Shown piece by piece: positions 63,454-64,000 of a stretch of 64,000 nucleotides of DNA. Each line of letters opens with the position of its first letter. Positions within the stretch are counted from its first letter, which is position 1. The notes under the pieces were generated by a model that made no database searches, was not told the origin of the DNA, and worked only from the letters and a program-made list of their open reading frames with translations. The DNA is from the human T2T-CHM13v2.0 reference genome, Homo sapiens. Position numbers and translations under genes: made by a program. The stretch is taken from NCBI RefSeq assembly GCF_009914755.1, contig NC_060943.1, one strand, 5' to 3'.

Positions 63454-63600
63454 GTGAGTTCTGGGTGGCCACGCGCGTACTCCACTACTCTCCCTCCCTC
63501 CCAGGCCCCGCCCCCTGGGTCCCAGGGTCCTCCCCTTCAGGCCCCACCTTCTGTTCCAAGTCCCGGTGTTCAAAGAGCTGCGGACTCTTCCCCCTTGCAG

Positions 63601-63921
63601 AGCGACCAGATCGCGTAGAGCTGATGCCGCTGCCTCCCTGGCAGCCGGTGGGCGAGAACTTCACCCTGAGCTGTAGGGTCCCCGGCGCCGGGCCCCGTGC
63701 GAGCCTCACGCTGACCCTGCTGCGGGGCGCCCAGGAGCTGATCCGCCGCAGCTTCGCCGGTGAACCACCCCGAGCGCGGGGCGCGGTGCTCACAGCCACG
63801 GTACTGGCTCGGAGGGAGGACCATGGAGCCAATTTCTCGTGTCGCGCCGAGCTGGACCTGCGGCCGCACGGACTGGGACTGTTTGAAAACAGCTCGGCCC
63901 CCAGAGAGCTCCGAACCTTCT
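63601..63921 (+). CDS. ICAM5: ICAM5 exon 3, Ig D2 (gene continues beyond the window)
   Basis: QRPDRVELMPLPPWQPVG...PRELRTF; donor gtgagt. Confidence 0.96.
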
Positions 63922-64000
63922 GTGAGTGGGTGTGGGGAGGAGATGGGGACCCAGTGGGGTCGGTCGGTGTTTAGGAGGTTTAGAGGTAGATACATCTGAA

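Noticed and set aside
63147-63974. 275-aa ORF as a single exon
   Set aside because: It is ICAM5 exons 2-3 joined by an in-frame, stop-free 147-nt intron

Overview
Human chr19p13.2 (recognised from the encoded proteins), GC-rich and extremely Alu-dense. Gene order: 5' end of S1PR2 (minus strand, non-coding exon 1 and CpG island, with MIR4322 antisense in intron 1), about 20 kb of Alu/L1/L2/MIR-filled intergenic DNA, complete MRPL4 (9 coding exons, 311 aa), a SELENOK processed pseudogene shredded by Alu insertions (Sec TGA retained, SECIS core mutated), complete ICAM1 (7 exons, 532 aa), complete ICAM4/LW (3 exons, 271 aa) and the first 3 exons of ICAM5. All coding exon boundaries were checked by hand for GT-AG and frame. 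Less obvious signals: a perfect 70-bp templated duplication with fold-back scars inside an L2; a locally retro-copied Alu carrying its 5' flank; a fully open second reading frame across ICAM4 exons 2-3 ending at an Alu-derived stop; an Alu-derived poly(A) signal behind MRPL4 exon 8; and a candidate antisense promoter behind ICAM4. Most ORFs in the supplied track are Alu or CpG-island artefacts. I see no convincing wholly new gene system.
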